64,000 bases of DNA from an uncultured Alphaproteobacteria bacterium (GCA_944392555.1 CALXWZ010000001.1:1810-65809), one strand, 5' to 3'. Shown: positions 35,436 to 46,200, numbered from the stretch's first letter. Translations and numbers: made by a program. Notes: generated by a model not told the origin, from the letters alone.

Positions 35436-36038
35436 TTATTTTTGCTCACTGAATTGAAAGGTTTTACTCTTTTGTTCCAATTCTTTCGTTAAGGCACTTA
35501 AATTACCGTTATTCTTTTGTAAAAATGAACTGTATTCATTCCGATAACTTAACGCCATGCTGACTCCTTCTACAACAATATCAACAATCTTGTAAGTGCC
35601 GTTTTTTTCACGCACACGCCAAATTACTTCTGCCGGGGGATTGTTTTCAATGGTGCTGTCAACATAAAATTGCCCTTTTTGAGCGGGGCGCGTTCCCGTG
35701 AATGTAATTTTTTGACCGTTATACAGATTAAATTTATCAGCCCATGATTTTGTGGCAAAATCCATAAACGCCGTTAAAAATGCGTCTCTTTCGGCTTGTG
35801 TTGCTTTTCGCCAATAGGTGCCGATAACAAATTGCCCTACAAATTTTAAATCAATGGCGGATTGAAATTTCGTGCGAAATAAATCTAATTTCTCTGTCAT
35901 CGGTTTTTGTGTGGATAGCACGTCAACAATCATTTCGTTTGCCAACTTGCTTACAAACGCCGTTGCTTCATCCGGTCCGGCAACGGCTGTTTTTGCAAAC
36001 ATAAATATGCCGAGCAATAAGATTGATAGTTTTTTCAT
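35436..36038 (-). CDS. mlaC: MlaC (Ttg2D) family periplasmic phospholipid-binding protein
   Basis: Signal peptide MKKLSILLLGIFMFAKTAVA. Overall toluene-tolerance/MlaC-like composition. Adjacent to mlaA. Confidence 0.6.
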   Translation of the reverse strand: MKKLSILLLGIFMFAKTAVAGPDEATAFVSKLANEMIVDVLSTQKPMTEKLDLFRTKFQSAIDLKFVGQFVIGTYWRKATQAERDAFLTAFMDFATKSWADKFNLYNGQKITFTGTRPAQKGQFYVDSTIENNPPAEVIWRVREKNGTYKIVDIVVEGVSMALSYRNEYSSFLQKNNGNLSALTKELEQKSKTFQFSEQK

Positions 36039-36049
36039 TATGGTTCTCC

Positions 36050-36829
36050 TTATTCAAAGTCATCAAATTCCATGTCAAATTCATATTGTTTGGGTGTTTC
36101 TTGATCTACATTTCCCAATGCATCGTTAATTACCTTTTGTCGATTTTGTTGACTCATTGTGCGTATGGTTGCATAATAATCGGCCGATGAACGATGTAAA
36201 TTATCCAAAAATTCTATGGCGCGTTCCCGCATTTGCACGTAGTTGACGCCGTTTAGCGGGTAAGATGTCCATGGTGTCAGGCATGTAATTAAGATAGACG
36301 GCGGTGTGATGAAATTACCCATTGTGCCGAAAACATCCCGCGGGTTTGAGGGCCCGAAAAACGGCAATACCAAATATGTATCACTCGTATGCCAACCCCA
36401 AACGGCTAATGTTTGCCCGAAATCGTTATCATATTTCGGGATGCCCATATCGGAAGCAACATCCATCAGTCCGAAAAATCCCCAAAACGTATTAGCCAGA
36501 AATCGCTTCGTTGCATTCGCCGTTTTTGTTCCGTTTGCTTGTAGCGTGCCGTTGACAATGTTGCGCATTTCGCTCATATTGTCGTAAAAATTCGTAACGC
36601 CTGTTCGGATTGTTTGTGTCGTAACGGCGCGATATCCGTATGCGACCGGTTCTAAAATAACGGCGTCAAACATATTATTAAACGCGAAAATACCGCGATT
36701 CATCGGCTCCAACGGGTCATGATTCGCTTCGTATGCTTTTAATTGCTCGGGATCCGTCGGCTTTGTGGCACATGCACCGCATAACAGACAACTTGTTGCA
36801 ATTATTAACGTTAATAATGTGTGTTTCAT
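36050..36829 (-). CDS. mlaA: MlaA/VacJ outer-membrane lipoprotein
   Basis: Lipobox LLCGAC. DPLEPMNRGIFAFNNMFDAVILEPVAYGYR matches the VacJ N-terminal signature (DP.E..NR..F.FN...D). Confidence 0.75.
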   Translation of the reverse strand: MKHTLLTLIIATSCLLCGACATKPTDPEQLKAYEANHDPLEPMNRGIFAFNNMFDAVILEPVAYGYRAVTTQTIRTGVTNFYDNMSEMRNIVNGTLQANGTKTANATKRFLANTFWGFFGLMDVASDMGIPKYDNDFGQTLAVWGWHTSDTYLVLPFFGPSNPRDVFGTMGNFITPPSILITCLTPWTSYPLNGVNYVQMRERAIEFLDNLHRSSADYYATIRTMSQQNRQKVINDALGNVDQETPKQYEFDMEFDDFE

Positions 36830-36837
36830 GGGGTTCC

Positions 36838-37428
36838 TTATAATGTTTTTCCTTTGTTAATTGCCTCCATTTGTTTTGTGATTTCGGGCAATACTTCGTC
36901 AACCGAGCGCACAAAAGTGAGTAATTTTAATTGATACGGCTTCACAAACCCTTCGCCGATCATTTCATATATAAATTGCTCTAACGTGTTATAAAAACCG
37001 TCAATGTTAACAACGATAATCGGGGCTTTGATGATGTTCAGTTGGCGTAATGTTAAAACTTCAAACAGTTCATCCATCGTGCCGAAACCACCGGGCAAAA
37101 TACAGATGGCATCTGATTGGCTGACCATGGAAACTTTTCGCTCGGCCATTAAATCCCATACCTCAAATTTATTCGCCCGTTCCGCCACATTTTCAGGTTT
37201 TTCAATATCGTATAATTCGCGGATGGTTGCGCCGATAACGTAACCGTTCTCGGAAAAAGCCCCGTCGGCAACGGCTCCCATCAGCCCGGTTGTGCCGGCG
37301 CCGTAGATTAATTTGATTTCGTTCTGCGCCAAAATTTCCCCGAGGCGATGTGCTTCTTGCATATATATGGCCTTTCTTCCCGGGCTTCCTCCGCAGAAAA
37401 CTGCAACAGAATTAAGTGTACTCATCAT
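36838..37428 (-). CDS. LOG-family cytokinin riboside 5'-monophosphate phosphoribohydrolase-like protein
   Basis: VAVFCGGSPG...IYGAGTTGLMGAVA...ILPGGFGTMDELFEVLT carries the PGGxGTxxE signature (TIGR00730 type). Confidence 0.8.
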   Translation of the reverse strand: MMSTLNSVAVFCGGSPGRKAIYMQEAHRLGEILAQNEIKLIYGAGTTGLMGAVADGAFSENGYVIGATIRELYDIEKPENVAERANKFEVWDLMAERKVSMVSQSDAICILPGGFGTMDELFEVLTLRQLNIIKAPIIVVNIDGFYNTLEQFIYEMIGEGFVKPYQLKLLTFVRSVDEVLPEITKQMEAINKGKTL

Positions 37429-37532
37429 TTTTTCCTTGCTTTTCCGAATAAATTATTTAATACTGTTTTTAAATGTAGTATATAATACCGTATATTGCAA
37501 AAAGGTCAAGATAAATTTTACAAGGATACAGC

Positions 37533-38678
37533 ATGAAAAAAAGTATTATCGCCTTGATTTTTGTTTTTTTAACACAAAGCACATCGGCGCAGGAAAGCGT
37601 GCCGTTGTTTGAGGATATTCCGGCATACGAATCGTCTTCAAGTGCTTCAACGCAAACGGCATCGCCCGTTTCTTCCGGCGCAGGCAGGCGCATTGACTTA
37701 ACCCCGAAAGCCTCGCAAACTGCCGAAACGGAGCGCATGCCGGCACAAGCCTCAAAAACAAGCGGGACGATACAAAGACCGAAATTAGGCCGAGATGCGG
37801 AACCGTTATCTTCCTTGGTGATTGCGCCGTTCCCGAATACAACGATTGAAATTGATCCCTCGTCTAAAAAAGTAAAAGAAACGTTGGCGGAGGAAAAATA
37901 CACGGAATCGCAAATCAAAGATGAAGATTTGATTAAGCGTAGCACCCCGTTGACGATGACCGAATCCGATAAAGCCGGTGCGCAAAAGGTAATGCAGGAA
38001 AAAGCGCGCGCATTAAGTTTAAATCGGCACGATGCTTCAAAATTTAAATTGGCCGGTATCGGTTTCGGCTGGGATAGCGAAAGCGTATATGATGAATTAA
38101 GCGAACTCGGCTATACGTTACAACGTGTGGAAAAATCCATTCCGCTGTTCAGAACATCTTATTACGAAAATTTATGTCGGCAACAGCACGGGTTGACGAT
38201 TGTTGATGAAATTCGCAGATGTATTTTGGAATACGCCGAATCGGATGAAGTACATTATGTTTTCCGCGAAACGTATGTGCGCCCGCAATCGCGCGAAACG
38301 ATTCAAGTTTCTTATTCTTCGCCCGAAACGATGAATGTTGTTTACAAAATTGTTTACCGCAATTTGGGGGATAATTCGCTTAATACCAGCCGTAAAAGTA
38401 TGGCCAAGAAAATGCGTCGGCAGGAAGATTTTTGGAATATGATTTTTGATACATACGGTTTGCCGGATGAAAATGATAAGTTAATTTGGGGTAATCCCGA
38501 TACCGTGTATATGCAGGTTTTAATGCGCGGTTCGGCGTATGATGCCTATATCATTTTGGAAGATCGCTTAATCCAAGATAAAGATTACGAAGCGGCTCAA
38601 TCGGATTTTGCAACGTTGCGTCGGCCGACGGCGTTTACGATTAACGGTGAACTGCCTCAAACAGATGAAGAAGATTAA
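37533..38678 (+). CDS. secreted hypothetical protein (signal peptide, Ser/Thr/Ala-rich N-terminal third)
   Basis: MKKSIIALIFVFLTQSTSAQE signal peptide; 381 aa; no motif recognised. Confidence 0.45.
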   Translation: MKKSIIALIFVFLTQSTSAQESVPLFEDIPAYESSSSASTQTASPVSSGAGRRIDLTPKASQTAETERMPAQASKTSGTIQRPKLGRDAEPLSSLVIAPFPNTTIEIDPSSKKVKETLAEEKYTESQIKDEDLIKRSTPLTMTESDKAGAQKVMQEKARALSLNRHDASKFKLAGIGFGWDSESVYDELSELGYTLQRVEKSIPLFRTSYYENLCRQQHGLTIVDEIRRCILEYAESDEVHYVFRETYVRPQSRETIQVSYSSPETMNVVYKIVYRNLGDNSLNTSRKSMAKKMRRQEDFWNMIFDTYGLPDENDKLIWGNPDTVYMQVLMRGSAYDAYIILEDRLIQDKDYEAAQSDFATLRRPTAFTINGELPQTDEED

Positions 38679-38695
38679 CGGGAGATCGGGGGTTT

Positions 38696-40639
38696 GTGAT
38701 GATGGATGATTTCAACATCAATCGATATTTAATCAATTACACGCAACTTTCCAAGGCGCGTCGGTTGACGAATTTGGTTGGCAGACAAGAAGAATTGGAA
38801 AGACTGATTCACATTTTAATGCGTAGCACGAAATGTAATCCGGCGGTTATCGGGGCAAGCGGAATCGGTAAGACGGCGTTGATTGAAGGGTTGATTAACT
38901 TTTTGGCATCGGACGGCGTACCCGATTCATTAAACGGCAGAGAAGTTGTGGGTATTGACATTCCGAAAGTGATGCTTGATACAAAGTCGGAAGCCGAATA
39001 CAGTGAGTTGCTTAAACAAATTATACAAACGGTTGTGGATAGCGATAAACAGAAAATTTTATATTTAAAAGATGTCAGCCTATTAGTAAATATGGATACG
39101 AATCCCGAAAATAAAGAGGCGGCAAAATTTTTAAAATTATGTCTTTCAACCGATTCGGTTATGTGTATTTTGGAAGCAAATACCATCACTTATGTTTCTT
39201 CCGTTGAAAAAGATAATACGGTTATGGCGCATATTCAACCTGTTATGATTGATGAGCCGAGTTTAGATGAAAGTATTGCCATTACGCGGGCGCGTAAAAG
39301 ATTTTATGAATTGCATTATGATGTTTCCATTCCGGAAGAAAGTGTGCGCACGGCGTGTCAATTATCACATAGATATGTGAAACAGCGCTCGTTTCCGTCC
39401 AAAGCTTTGGATTTATTAGACGATGCATGCAGTTTACTGAAAATGGATTATGAAAAAGGTGTGCCGGAAGCGGGCAATTTGGTTTTAACGAGTGATTATT
39501 GCTATCGCACGGTTGCAGATTGGACGGGTATTCCCGTTGAAAAAGTAGATGCCGAAGATAAACAGCGGTTAGCAAATGCCGAAGTGTATTTGAAACGACG
39601 GGTTATCGGACAAGATAGTGCCGTAACGGTTGTGGCCAATGCCTTGCGTCGGGCGCGTTCCGGGTTGCAAGATCCAAATCGTCCGATTGGGTCATTCCTG
39701 TTTATCGGAACGACGGGTGTCGGTAAAACGGAGTTGGCTAAATCGTTGGCGGAATTTATGTTTAACGATGAAACTGCCTTGCTCAGATTGGATATGTCGG
39801 AATATATGGAGCGCACATCGGTTGCGCGTATGATCGGGCCGGCTCCCGGCACTCCCGGATTTGAGGCCGGCGGGTTATTGACGGAAGCTGTTCGTTTAAA
39901 GCCGTTTCAGGTTGTGCTGTTTGATGAAATTGAAAAAGCGCACTTGGATATTTTGAATTTAATGTTGCAGTTGCTTGATGAAGGGCGTTTAACGGATAGC
40001 AAAGGCGTAACGGTTGATTTCAGAAACACGATTATCATTTTAACATCAAACGTGGGTGCCAACTTGCCGAGTTATCAACGTGTTGAAAAATTAGGTGAGT
40101 ATTTCCGGCCGGAATTTTTAAACCGGTTGGACGATATTGTTTCATTCCACCAGTTAGGCGAAGAAGATTTGCGCAAAATTGTGGATATCCACTTGAACAA
40201 ACTTTTAAAACGAGCGCAACAAGTCGGCTATACGATAACGATTGCCGATTCGGCAAAGGATTGGTTTGTGGACGAAGTGTTTACCTCTAAATTCGGTGTG
40301 CGCGCATTGAAGCGATTGATTCAAAATCAGGTAGAAAACCCATTATCGTTCTTAATTATGCAAGAAAAAGTGAAACCGGGGCATGAAGTCTTTTTAAATG
40401 TGGATAAATCGGGCAGAAAGTTGCAGATTTATGCACGCAGTGCGTTGGCGGGGTTGAAGTCGGAAGAGGGGCAAAAAGAAAAACCGCTGGATGTGCCGAC
40501 GGAAGTGCATCAACCCGAAACGGATGAAGCAAAAAAAACAGAGACATCCGAAAATTCGGCAAAACCGGCAACAAAATTAAAAGCCCCCGACGTAGCGCAG
40601 ACAGCCAAGCGGGCCCCGCGCCAGCCGGTTAAAAAATAA
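38696..40639 (+). CDS. Clp/Hsp100-family AAA+ ATPase with degenerate first nucleotide-binding domain, no N-domain and no long middle domain; basic Lys/Pro-rich C-terminal tail
   Basis: NBD1: Walker A VIGASGIGKTALIEGL is present, but the Walker B position reads ILYLKDVSLL (no D-E). NBD2 is intact: FLFIGTTGVGKTELAKSLA, VVLFDEIEKAH, sensor/arginine regions and SRx(E/D)xGARxL-like GVRALKRLIQ. Confidence 0.75.
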   Translation: MMMDDFNINRYLINYTQLSKARRLTNLVGRQEELERLIHILMRSTKCNPAVIGASGIGKTALIEGLINFLASDGVPDSLNGREVVGIDIPKVMLDTKSEAEYSELLKQIIQTVVDSDKQKILYLKDVSLLVNMDTNPENKEAAKFLKLCLSTDSVMCILEANTITYVSSVEKDNTVMAHIQPVMIDEPSLDESIAITRARKRFYELHYDVSIPEESVRTACQLSHRYVKQRSFPSKALDLLDDACSLLKMDYEKGVPEAGNLVLTSDYCYRTVADWTGIPVEKVDAEDKQRLANAEVYLKRRVIGQDSAVTVVANALRRARSGLQDPNRPIGSFLFIGTTGVGKTELAKSLAEFMFNDETALLRLDMSEYMERTSVARMIGPAPGTPGFEAGGLLTEAVRLKPFQVVLFDEIEKAHLDILNLMLQLLDEGRLTDSKGVTVDFRNTIIILTSNVGANLPSYQRVEKLGEYFRPEFLNRLDDIVSFHQLGEEDLRKIVDIHLNKLLKRAQQVGYTITIADSAKDWFVDEVFTSKFGVRALKRLIQNQVENPLSFLIMQEKVKPGHEVFLNVDKSGRKLQIYARSALAGLKSEEGQKEKPLDVPTEVHQPETDEAKKTETSENSAKPATKLKAPDVAQTAKRAPRQPVKK

Positions 40640-40650
40640 GAGATCGGTTT

Positions 40651-41700
40651 ATGACGCACGAGTTTTCGCAAAGCGAAGCGACCGAGAAGTTATTGCAGTG
40701 GTTTTCAAAAAACGGGCGCGATATGCCGTGGCGTGTGAAAGGGCGGGCGCATGGAAATCCGTATGCCGTATGGATATCCGAAATTATGTTGCAACAGACA
40801 ACGGTTAAAACGGTTGTTGATTATTTTAATCGGTGGATGGAACGATTCCCGACGATTGAGTCTTTGGCTGAGGCGGATTTACAGAAAGTTCTTCTTTATT
40901 GGCAAGGGTTGGGATACTATACACGTGCGAAAAAAATTTATGAATGCGCACACGTCTTAATGAAAGAATATAACGGAAAAATCCCGAACAATCGTGACTT
41001 ATTACTTAAACTGCCCGGCATAGGGCCATACAGTGCGTCCAGTATCTGCGCTTTTGCATTCAATCAGCCCGAAACGGTGGTAGATGGTAATGTTATTCGG
41101 GTGATTGCCAGATTGTATGGCTTGACACATGAAGTGACTAAGGAAGAAATTTACCGCCTCTCTCAACCGTTGACACCGAAAGAACACGGTGCGGATTATG
41201 CCTCTGCCATTATGGATTTGGGGGCAACCGTTTGCACGCCGAATAAACCGAATTGTTTGCAATGTCCATGGCGGGAAATTTGCAAGGCTCACGCGTTGAA
41301 CATTGCCGAATCCATTCCGCTCATTCATAAGCCGGCAAAAAAAATAAAAAGGGGATATGTGTATCTTATTCAAAACGATGCCGGCGCTTTTTATATTGAA
41401 AAGCGGGCAGGGAAGGGGTTGCTTTCGGGGTTGTTTGAGTTTCCGTGGCAGGAAGATGAAGCCCATTATCCGCTTTTTGAACACCCGCGCTGGCGCCAAA
41501 CATCGCAAACCGTATCGCATACGTTTACGCATTTTCAGTTGACGCTTCAAATTGTGCGGTTGCAAGTTTCGGAAAATGAAGCTATCCCGCTTTCAAACGG
41601 GATATTCGTTTTGCCGGAACATTTTTCGGATTATCCTTTTTCTACATTGATGAAAAAGGTAATGAAACGGTTGGTTGAAAAAGAACCGCGCTTTTTGTAA
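40651..41700 (+). CDS. mutY: A/G-specific adenine DNA glycosylase MutY
   Basis: HhH-GPD region (LPGIGPYSASSICAFAF, VDGNVIRVIAR), 4Fe-4S loop C-x6-C-x2-C-x5-C (CTPNKPNCLQCPWREIC) and C-terminal Nudix-like domain. Confidence 0.85.
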   Translation: MTHEFSQSEATEKLLQWFSKNGRDMPWRVKGRAHGNPYAVWISEIMLQQTTVKTVVDYFNRWMERFPTIESLAEADLQKVLLYWQGLGYYTRAKKIYECAHVLMKEYNGKIPNNRDLLLKLPGIGPYSASSICAFAFNQPETVVDGNVIRVIARLYGLTHEVTKEEIYRLSQPLTPKEHGADYASAIMDLGATVCTPNKPNCLQCPWREICKAHALNIAESIPLIHKPAKKIKRGYVYLIQNDAGAFYIEKRAGKGLLSGLFEFPWQEDEAHYPLFEHPRWRQTSQTVSHTFTHFQLTLQIVRLQVSENEAIPLSNGIFVLPEHFSDYPFSTLMKKVMKRLVEKEPRFL

Positions 41701-41874
41701 GGGTGCAGTTGATTGTGAACGTAAAATAAAAGCCGTTGACGCACGATGAAGCGCCGTTTTCATAATTTTATCGGTATAATCGGTATAAAAAGAATGGTTA
41801 TGCGATTAAACATAACCATTCTTTCGTAAATGGGAATAAAATGTTCGTTTAGTAAACGCACATTCTTATGCGAT

Positions 41875-42411
41875 TTACACGGCTTTTCCCATATTGTAGG
41901 CCTCTTGAACGGCGCCGGTTTGTTGAATATCCCCCATTTGCCATGCGCCCAGGCCGTAGATGATGCCACGTTCGCGGGCATTGGGTAAGCAGTCCAACGT
42001 AAAGCCACGGAATGAGTTGATAACTTTATCCATGATTTCTTTATCCGTATCTGCCGCCGTGATGATATAATAAACATCTTTGTTCGCAATTTCTTGATAC
42101 CGCGGAACCGTGCGATCAATGAGTGTTTTCATTTGTCCGTTCATGGCATAGAAATAAACGGGTGTTGCAAAAACCAAAACATCGGCTTGAACCATTTTTT
42201 CTAAAATGTCAGCCATATCGTCTTCTTGCACACATGCATGCGTGGTATTGCATACACCGCAACCCAAACAAAAATGAATATTCTTTTCTGCCAGACGAAT
42301 TTTTTCAACCTGATGCCCTGCCTCCACAGCACCTTGGGCAAATGAATCGCATAAGGTGTCGGAATTACCGCCTAAACGGGCGCTTGCCGAGAAAATAAGA
42401 ACTTTTTTCAT
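41875..42411 (-). CDS. iron-sulfur flavoprotein (Isf-like NADPH-dependent FMN reductase fold)
   Basis: MKKVLIFSASARLGGNS flavodoxin-like start; compact C-x2-C-x2-C-x5-C motif (CLGCGVCNTTHAC) typical of Isf. Confidence 0.65.
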   Translation of the reverse strand: MKKVLIFSASARLGGNSDTLCDSFAQGAVEAGHQVEKIRLAEKNIHFCLGCGVCNTTHACVQEDDMADILEKMVQADVLVFATPVYFYAMNGQMKTLIDRTVPRYQEIANKDVYYIITAADTDKEIMDKVINSFRGFTLDCLPNARERGIIYGLGAWQMGDIQQTGAVQEAYNMGKAV

Positions 42412-42412
42412 T

Positions 42413-44182
42413 TTATGCTCCTTTCAAAACGGTTTGAATATCTTCTACAATAAGTTCGGGTGTTAAATGGTAGCGGATATATAATTCATCCAGTGGCACA
42501 CGGTCGGTAAATTCTTTTTGCCCGCCAAAGCAAAGCACTTTCATATCGGATGCGCCATAAAACCGTGCAACTTTTTCGCCGAATCCGCCGTCTAAAACGC
42601 CGTCTTCCAACGTAACAACCAGTTGATGCGTGTTTTTGAGGCTGTTTAATAAATCTGTATCAACCCCTGTTAAAAATTTCGGGTTAATCAGGGTAGCTGA
42701 AATGCCTGCTTTTTCTTTCAGTAAATCCTTAACGGCCCGTGCGCGCTCAAAGAAGTTGCCGACGCCGATGAGTGCAACCTGACTGCCCTCTTCAACAACT
42801 TGATAACGATTTAGAATACCATAATCGGTTGTATCCGGAATGCCGGTTGTGATAAACGGTCCGAACGGCACACGAATGGCAACGGAATGTTGCGTTTGTT
42901 TTGCCGACCAATCCAACATGGCGCGATATTCTTCGGCATTTGTAGGCGCCAGATAAATCATATTCGGAATATTTGCAATCAACGGAATATCAAAGGCGCC
43001 GACATGAGTGGCATCCATACCGGAAAGTCCGCCCCAGTAAACCAGAATGGTTGCCGGACTGTTATTTAATGCCAAATCTTGTGCCAGTTGGTCATACGAG
43101 CGTTGGATAAAAGAACTTAATACGGCAAATACGGGCTTTGCACCGCCTTTTGCCATACCTGAAACCGTGGCAACGGCATGTTGCTCACAAATCCCCACAT
43201 CTAAAAACTGCGCGCCCATTTCTTTGCGGAAGTCGGGGGAAAATCCCGTCGCCCCGGGTGTTCCCGCCGTGACGGCGATAACGGTAGAATCCGTTTTCTT
43301 TTGTTGCAAAAACCAATCAACCGTCAGCGATGTATAATCGGGGGATTGAACAGCGGGCGTTGATGAAGGGTGTTGCATTTGGGTGACCGTTCCCGGCATA
43401 ATCCAGTGGAATATTTCTTTATTTTCTTCCGCTACTTTCAGGCCGTGACCTTTCAACGTGTGAATATGAACAATGGTAGGAACATTTGTATCCTTGACTT
43501 TTTCAAACATTTCCGTTAAATCGGCAATGTTGTTTCCGTTGGCTACATAGTGATATTCAAATCCCATGGCTTTAAAAAAGTTATTTTCCGCCATGCCGTT
43601 TGTTTCGCGCAACAAGCGCAGATTTTGATATAATCCACCGTGATTTTCGGCAATGGACATCTCATTATCATTGACGATAATAATGATATTGCTACCCAAA
43701 ACGGAGGCATTATCCAATCCCTCCAAAGCCTCTCCGCCCGTGAGCGAACCATCACCCACAACAGCGATTACATTAAATTTTTGGTGCTGTAAATCGCGCG
43801 CTTTGGCAAGCCCTGTTGCTAAACTGACGCCGGTGGACGTATGCCCGATTTGAAACAAATCATGCACGCTTTCTTTCGGTGCGGTAAAACCGGATATTTC
43901 TTCATAAAGCGATTCGTCCATAAAATACTTTTTACGCCCCGTTAACATTTTATGCGCATAGCATTGATGCGAAACATCAAAAACGATTTTGTCTTGCGGA
44001 GAGTTAAAAACCGTATGTAAGGCAATGGTTGCCTCCAAAAAACCGAGATTCGGGCCGACATGACCGCCCGTTGTATCTATTTTATGCACTAATATCTCGC
44101 GCATTTCATCAGCCAGTTGATTGCGTTCTACCAATGTCAGGTTTTTTAAATCACTCGGATTGTTAATTTTTTCCAGTATCAT
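42413..44182 (-). CDS. dxs: 1-deoxy-D-xylulose-5-phosphate synthase
   Basis: TGGHVGPNLG, TPP-binding GDGSLTGGEALEGLDNA, transketolase-like pyrimidine-binding and C-terminal domains. Start at M28 with GGAG RBS. Confidence 0.9.
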   Translation of the reverse strand: MILEKINNPSDLKNLTLVERNQLADEMREILVHKIDTTGGHVGPNLGFLEATIALHTVFNSPQDKIVFDVSHQCYAHKMLTGRKKYFMDESLYEEISGFTAPKESVHDLFQIGHTSTGVSLATGLAKARDLQHQKFNVIAVVGDGSLTGGEALEGLDNASVLGSNIIIIVNDNEMSIAENHGGLYQNLRLLRETNGMAENNFFKAMGFEYHYVANGNNIADLTEMFEKVKDTNVPTIVHIHTLKGHGLKVAEENKEIFHWIMPGTVTQMQHPSSTPAVQSPDYTSLTVDWFLQQKKTDSTVIAVTAGTPGATGFSPDFRKEMGAQFLDVGICEQHAVATVSGMAKGGAKPVFAVLSSFIQRSYDQLAQDLALNNSPATILVYWGGLSGMDATHVGAFDIPLIANIPNMIYLAPTNAEEYRAMLDWSAKQTQHSVAIRVPFGPFITTGIPDTTDYGILNRYQVVEEGSQVALIGVGNFFERARAVKDLLKEKAGISATLINPKFLTGVDTDLLNSLKNTHQLVVTLEDGVLDGGFGEKVARFYGASDMKVLCFGGQKEFTDRVPLDELYIRYHLTPELIVEDIQTVLKGA

Positions 44183-45288
44183 TTTGAGTCTCCTTGTTGT
44201 TGTGGTTGAAGTTGAATCACCGTAATTTCCGACGGCGCTAAAAATCGCATCTGCGGTCCCCATTGTCCCGACCCGCGGGAAACATATAATTTGGCATTGT
44301 TTTGCAACTCATAAAGGCCGTTTAAAAAGCCGTTGTAGTTTTTTGCCAAAAAGTGAAACGGGAAAATTTGTCCGCCATGGGTATGCCCCGAAAGGGCTAA
44401 ATCAAAAGAGTTTTTTGCTCCGAAGTCGGCAGGTGTATGCGAAACAAGAATCCGAAATTGCGTCGGCAAAGCATTTTTAAACGTATCCGAAAGGCGAACA
44501 GGCGTGGGGCTGTGTCTTAAATCGGGAATGCCTGCAATGTATAAATTGCCGATTGTTTCTCCGCTGTTTTCCAAAAAGGTATAGCCCAAACTTTTCAGAT
44601 GGTTGATGCTGGGTTGGAAGCCACGATAAAATTCATGATTGCCTGCCACGAAAAAACGCCCTTGTGAGGCTTGAATCTCTTTAAGTTTATCGGCAATATC
44701 TTGTGTTTTGCGAATCGAATCGTCAACGGTATCTCCGCCTAAAATCACAATATCAGGATGCAGAGCATTCACTTGTTCAATAATGCCTTCAATTTTGCGT
44801 GGGTTGAGGGTGCGGTGAATGTGTAAATCACTCAAAAAAACAAGCGTTGTCGGCTTTGTGATTTTATCGGATGTAATCGTAACGGTTTTAACGGCCGGAA
44901 CTTTCATGCCTTCATATAACGACCAACCGGATAAGATAAAAGCAAGCCCGATTAAAACAAAAACGGGAGGGAGCGGTATCATCTTGGATTTTAAAATCAA
45001 AATCCCGATTCCCCAGATAATGTCCGTTATGATGGTTAAGGTTAATAGCATAACCAACGTGATTAAAATAAAATAAACCGTATGAACATAAAACGGATAA
45101 CATTTTCCCATCAATAAAGCCGCCCTTTCCGTCATGAGTAACGGGAGTGCACCGATAATCAACACTCCCAAAAATAATAAAATACGCCAACGTGTTGTCA
45201 ACTTTCTAAAACAAGCGTATCTGATATATAAAATCAAAGAAATCAGTCCGCCGAAAATAGATGTAAATATCATTTTCCCTTCTTTCAA
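44179..45288 (-). CDS. membrane-anchored calcineurin-like metallophosphoesterase
   Basis: Several N-terminal TM helices, then LSDLHIH, DIVILGGDTVDD, FFVAGNHEF and SGHTHGGQ phosphoesterase motifs. Stop overlaps the dxs start (ATGA). Confidence 0.75.
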   Translation of the reverse strand: MKEGKMIFTSIFGGLISLILYIRYACFRKLTTRWRILLFLGVLIIGALPLLMTERAALLMGKCYPFYVHTVYFILITLVMLLTLTIITDIIWGIGILILKSKMIPLPPVFVLIGLAFILSGWSLYEGMKVPAVKTVTITSDKITKPTTLVFLSDLHIHRTLNPRKIEGIIEQVNALHPDIVILGGDTVDDSIRKTQDIADKLKEIQASQGRFFVAGNHEFYRGFQPSINHLKSLGYTFLENSGETIGNLYIAGIPDLRHSPTPVRLSDTFKNALPTQFRILVSHTPADFGAKNSFDLALSGHTHGGQIFPFHFLAKNYNGFLNGLYELQNNAKLYVSRGSGQWGPQMRFLAPSEITVIQLQPQQQGDSK

Positions 45289-45439
45289 TCCGTTTACGAA
45301 ACATTTTTAGCGGTAGTGTAGGATATAGAGTTTACTCAAAGTCAAGCACTTTTTTAAAGAAGTTTCGTTTTTTTGTAAGTTTATTGATTTAAAAAGAAAA
45401 AATCAATCCGTCATGGAAAATTTTTCAAAAAAATATCGT

Positions 45440-46060
45440 TTATCCCAGCATTTTACAGATGGAAATAACGCGTCCGATAACTTCAATTTTATCCGTTTCA
45501 TTCGCTTGAATGGGCGGATATTTCGGATTATCGCTCACAATAACGGCGCTTTGGTGAATAAAATCAATTCGCACCCGTTTGGCAATAATCCCCGAGCCGA
45601 TGCAAAAAACATAAATGCCGTCGGATTGTGCCTGCTTGCATGAGATATCTACCCAAATATAATCCGCATCGTTAATGGTTGGCTCCATACTATCTCCGCG
45701 GGCGCGCAATATTTTAATGTTTTCGGGCGTGGAAAATGTTAAATCCCGCAAACTCGGGTATGAAATCAGCTGTTTGCCGATGACAACGGGATTAAAATTT
45801 TCGGCGCCGTTCCCGCAACTGGCTTGCGCATCTATAATATCTATAACCGCATAATTCAGAATATCATCCGCAATTTCGTGATGACCCGATACGGCTGAAA
45901 CAGGCACATTATAATGCTTGGCAATTAAACTCGCTTCTTCATATTTCAATACTTGTTTATTCTCCCACTTGGAAATTGTGGATTGTGATTTCCCGATGGC
46001 TTTGCCGAGTGTATCGGCACTTTCTTTGAATTTTTCACGTAATTGCTTGATATTATTCAT
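45440..46060 (-). CDS. cI/LexA-like repressor (XRE HTH + S24 peptidase domain)
   Basis: N-terminal HTH (TLGKAIGKSQSTISKWE). C-terminal ARGDSMEPTI (Ser nucleophile) and IIAKRV (Lys). Confidence 0.75.
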   Translation of the reverse strand: MNNIKQLREKFKESADTLGKAIGKSQSTISKWENKQVLKYEEASLIAKHYNVPVSAVSGHHEIADDILNYAVIDIIDAQASCGNGAENFNPVVIGKQLISYPSLRDLTFSTPENIKILRARGDSMEPTINDADYIWVDISCKQAQSDGIYVFCIGSGIIAKRVRIDFIHQSAVIVSDNPKYPPIQANETDKIEVIGRVISICKMLG

Positions 46061-46200
46061 TTCGTTTAGCCTCCTGTTTGCTAATATAATCGTTTTTAAT
46101 CAACCTGTCAACACTTTTTTGATTATTTTGCTTGACATTTACTATTTTTAATAATAATTTTTATTCATAAAACGAATAAAATAATCATAAAGGGAGAGCA

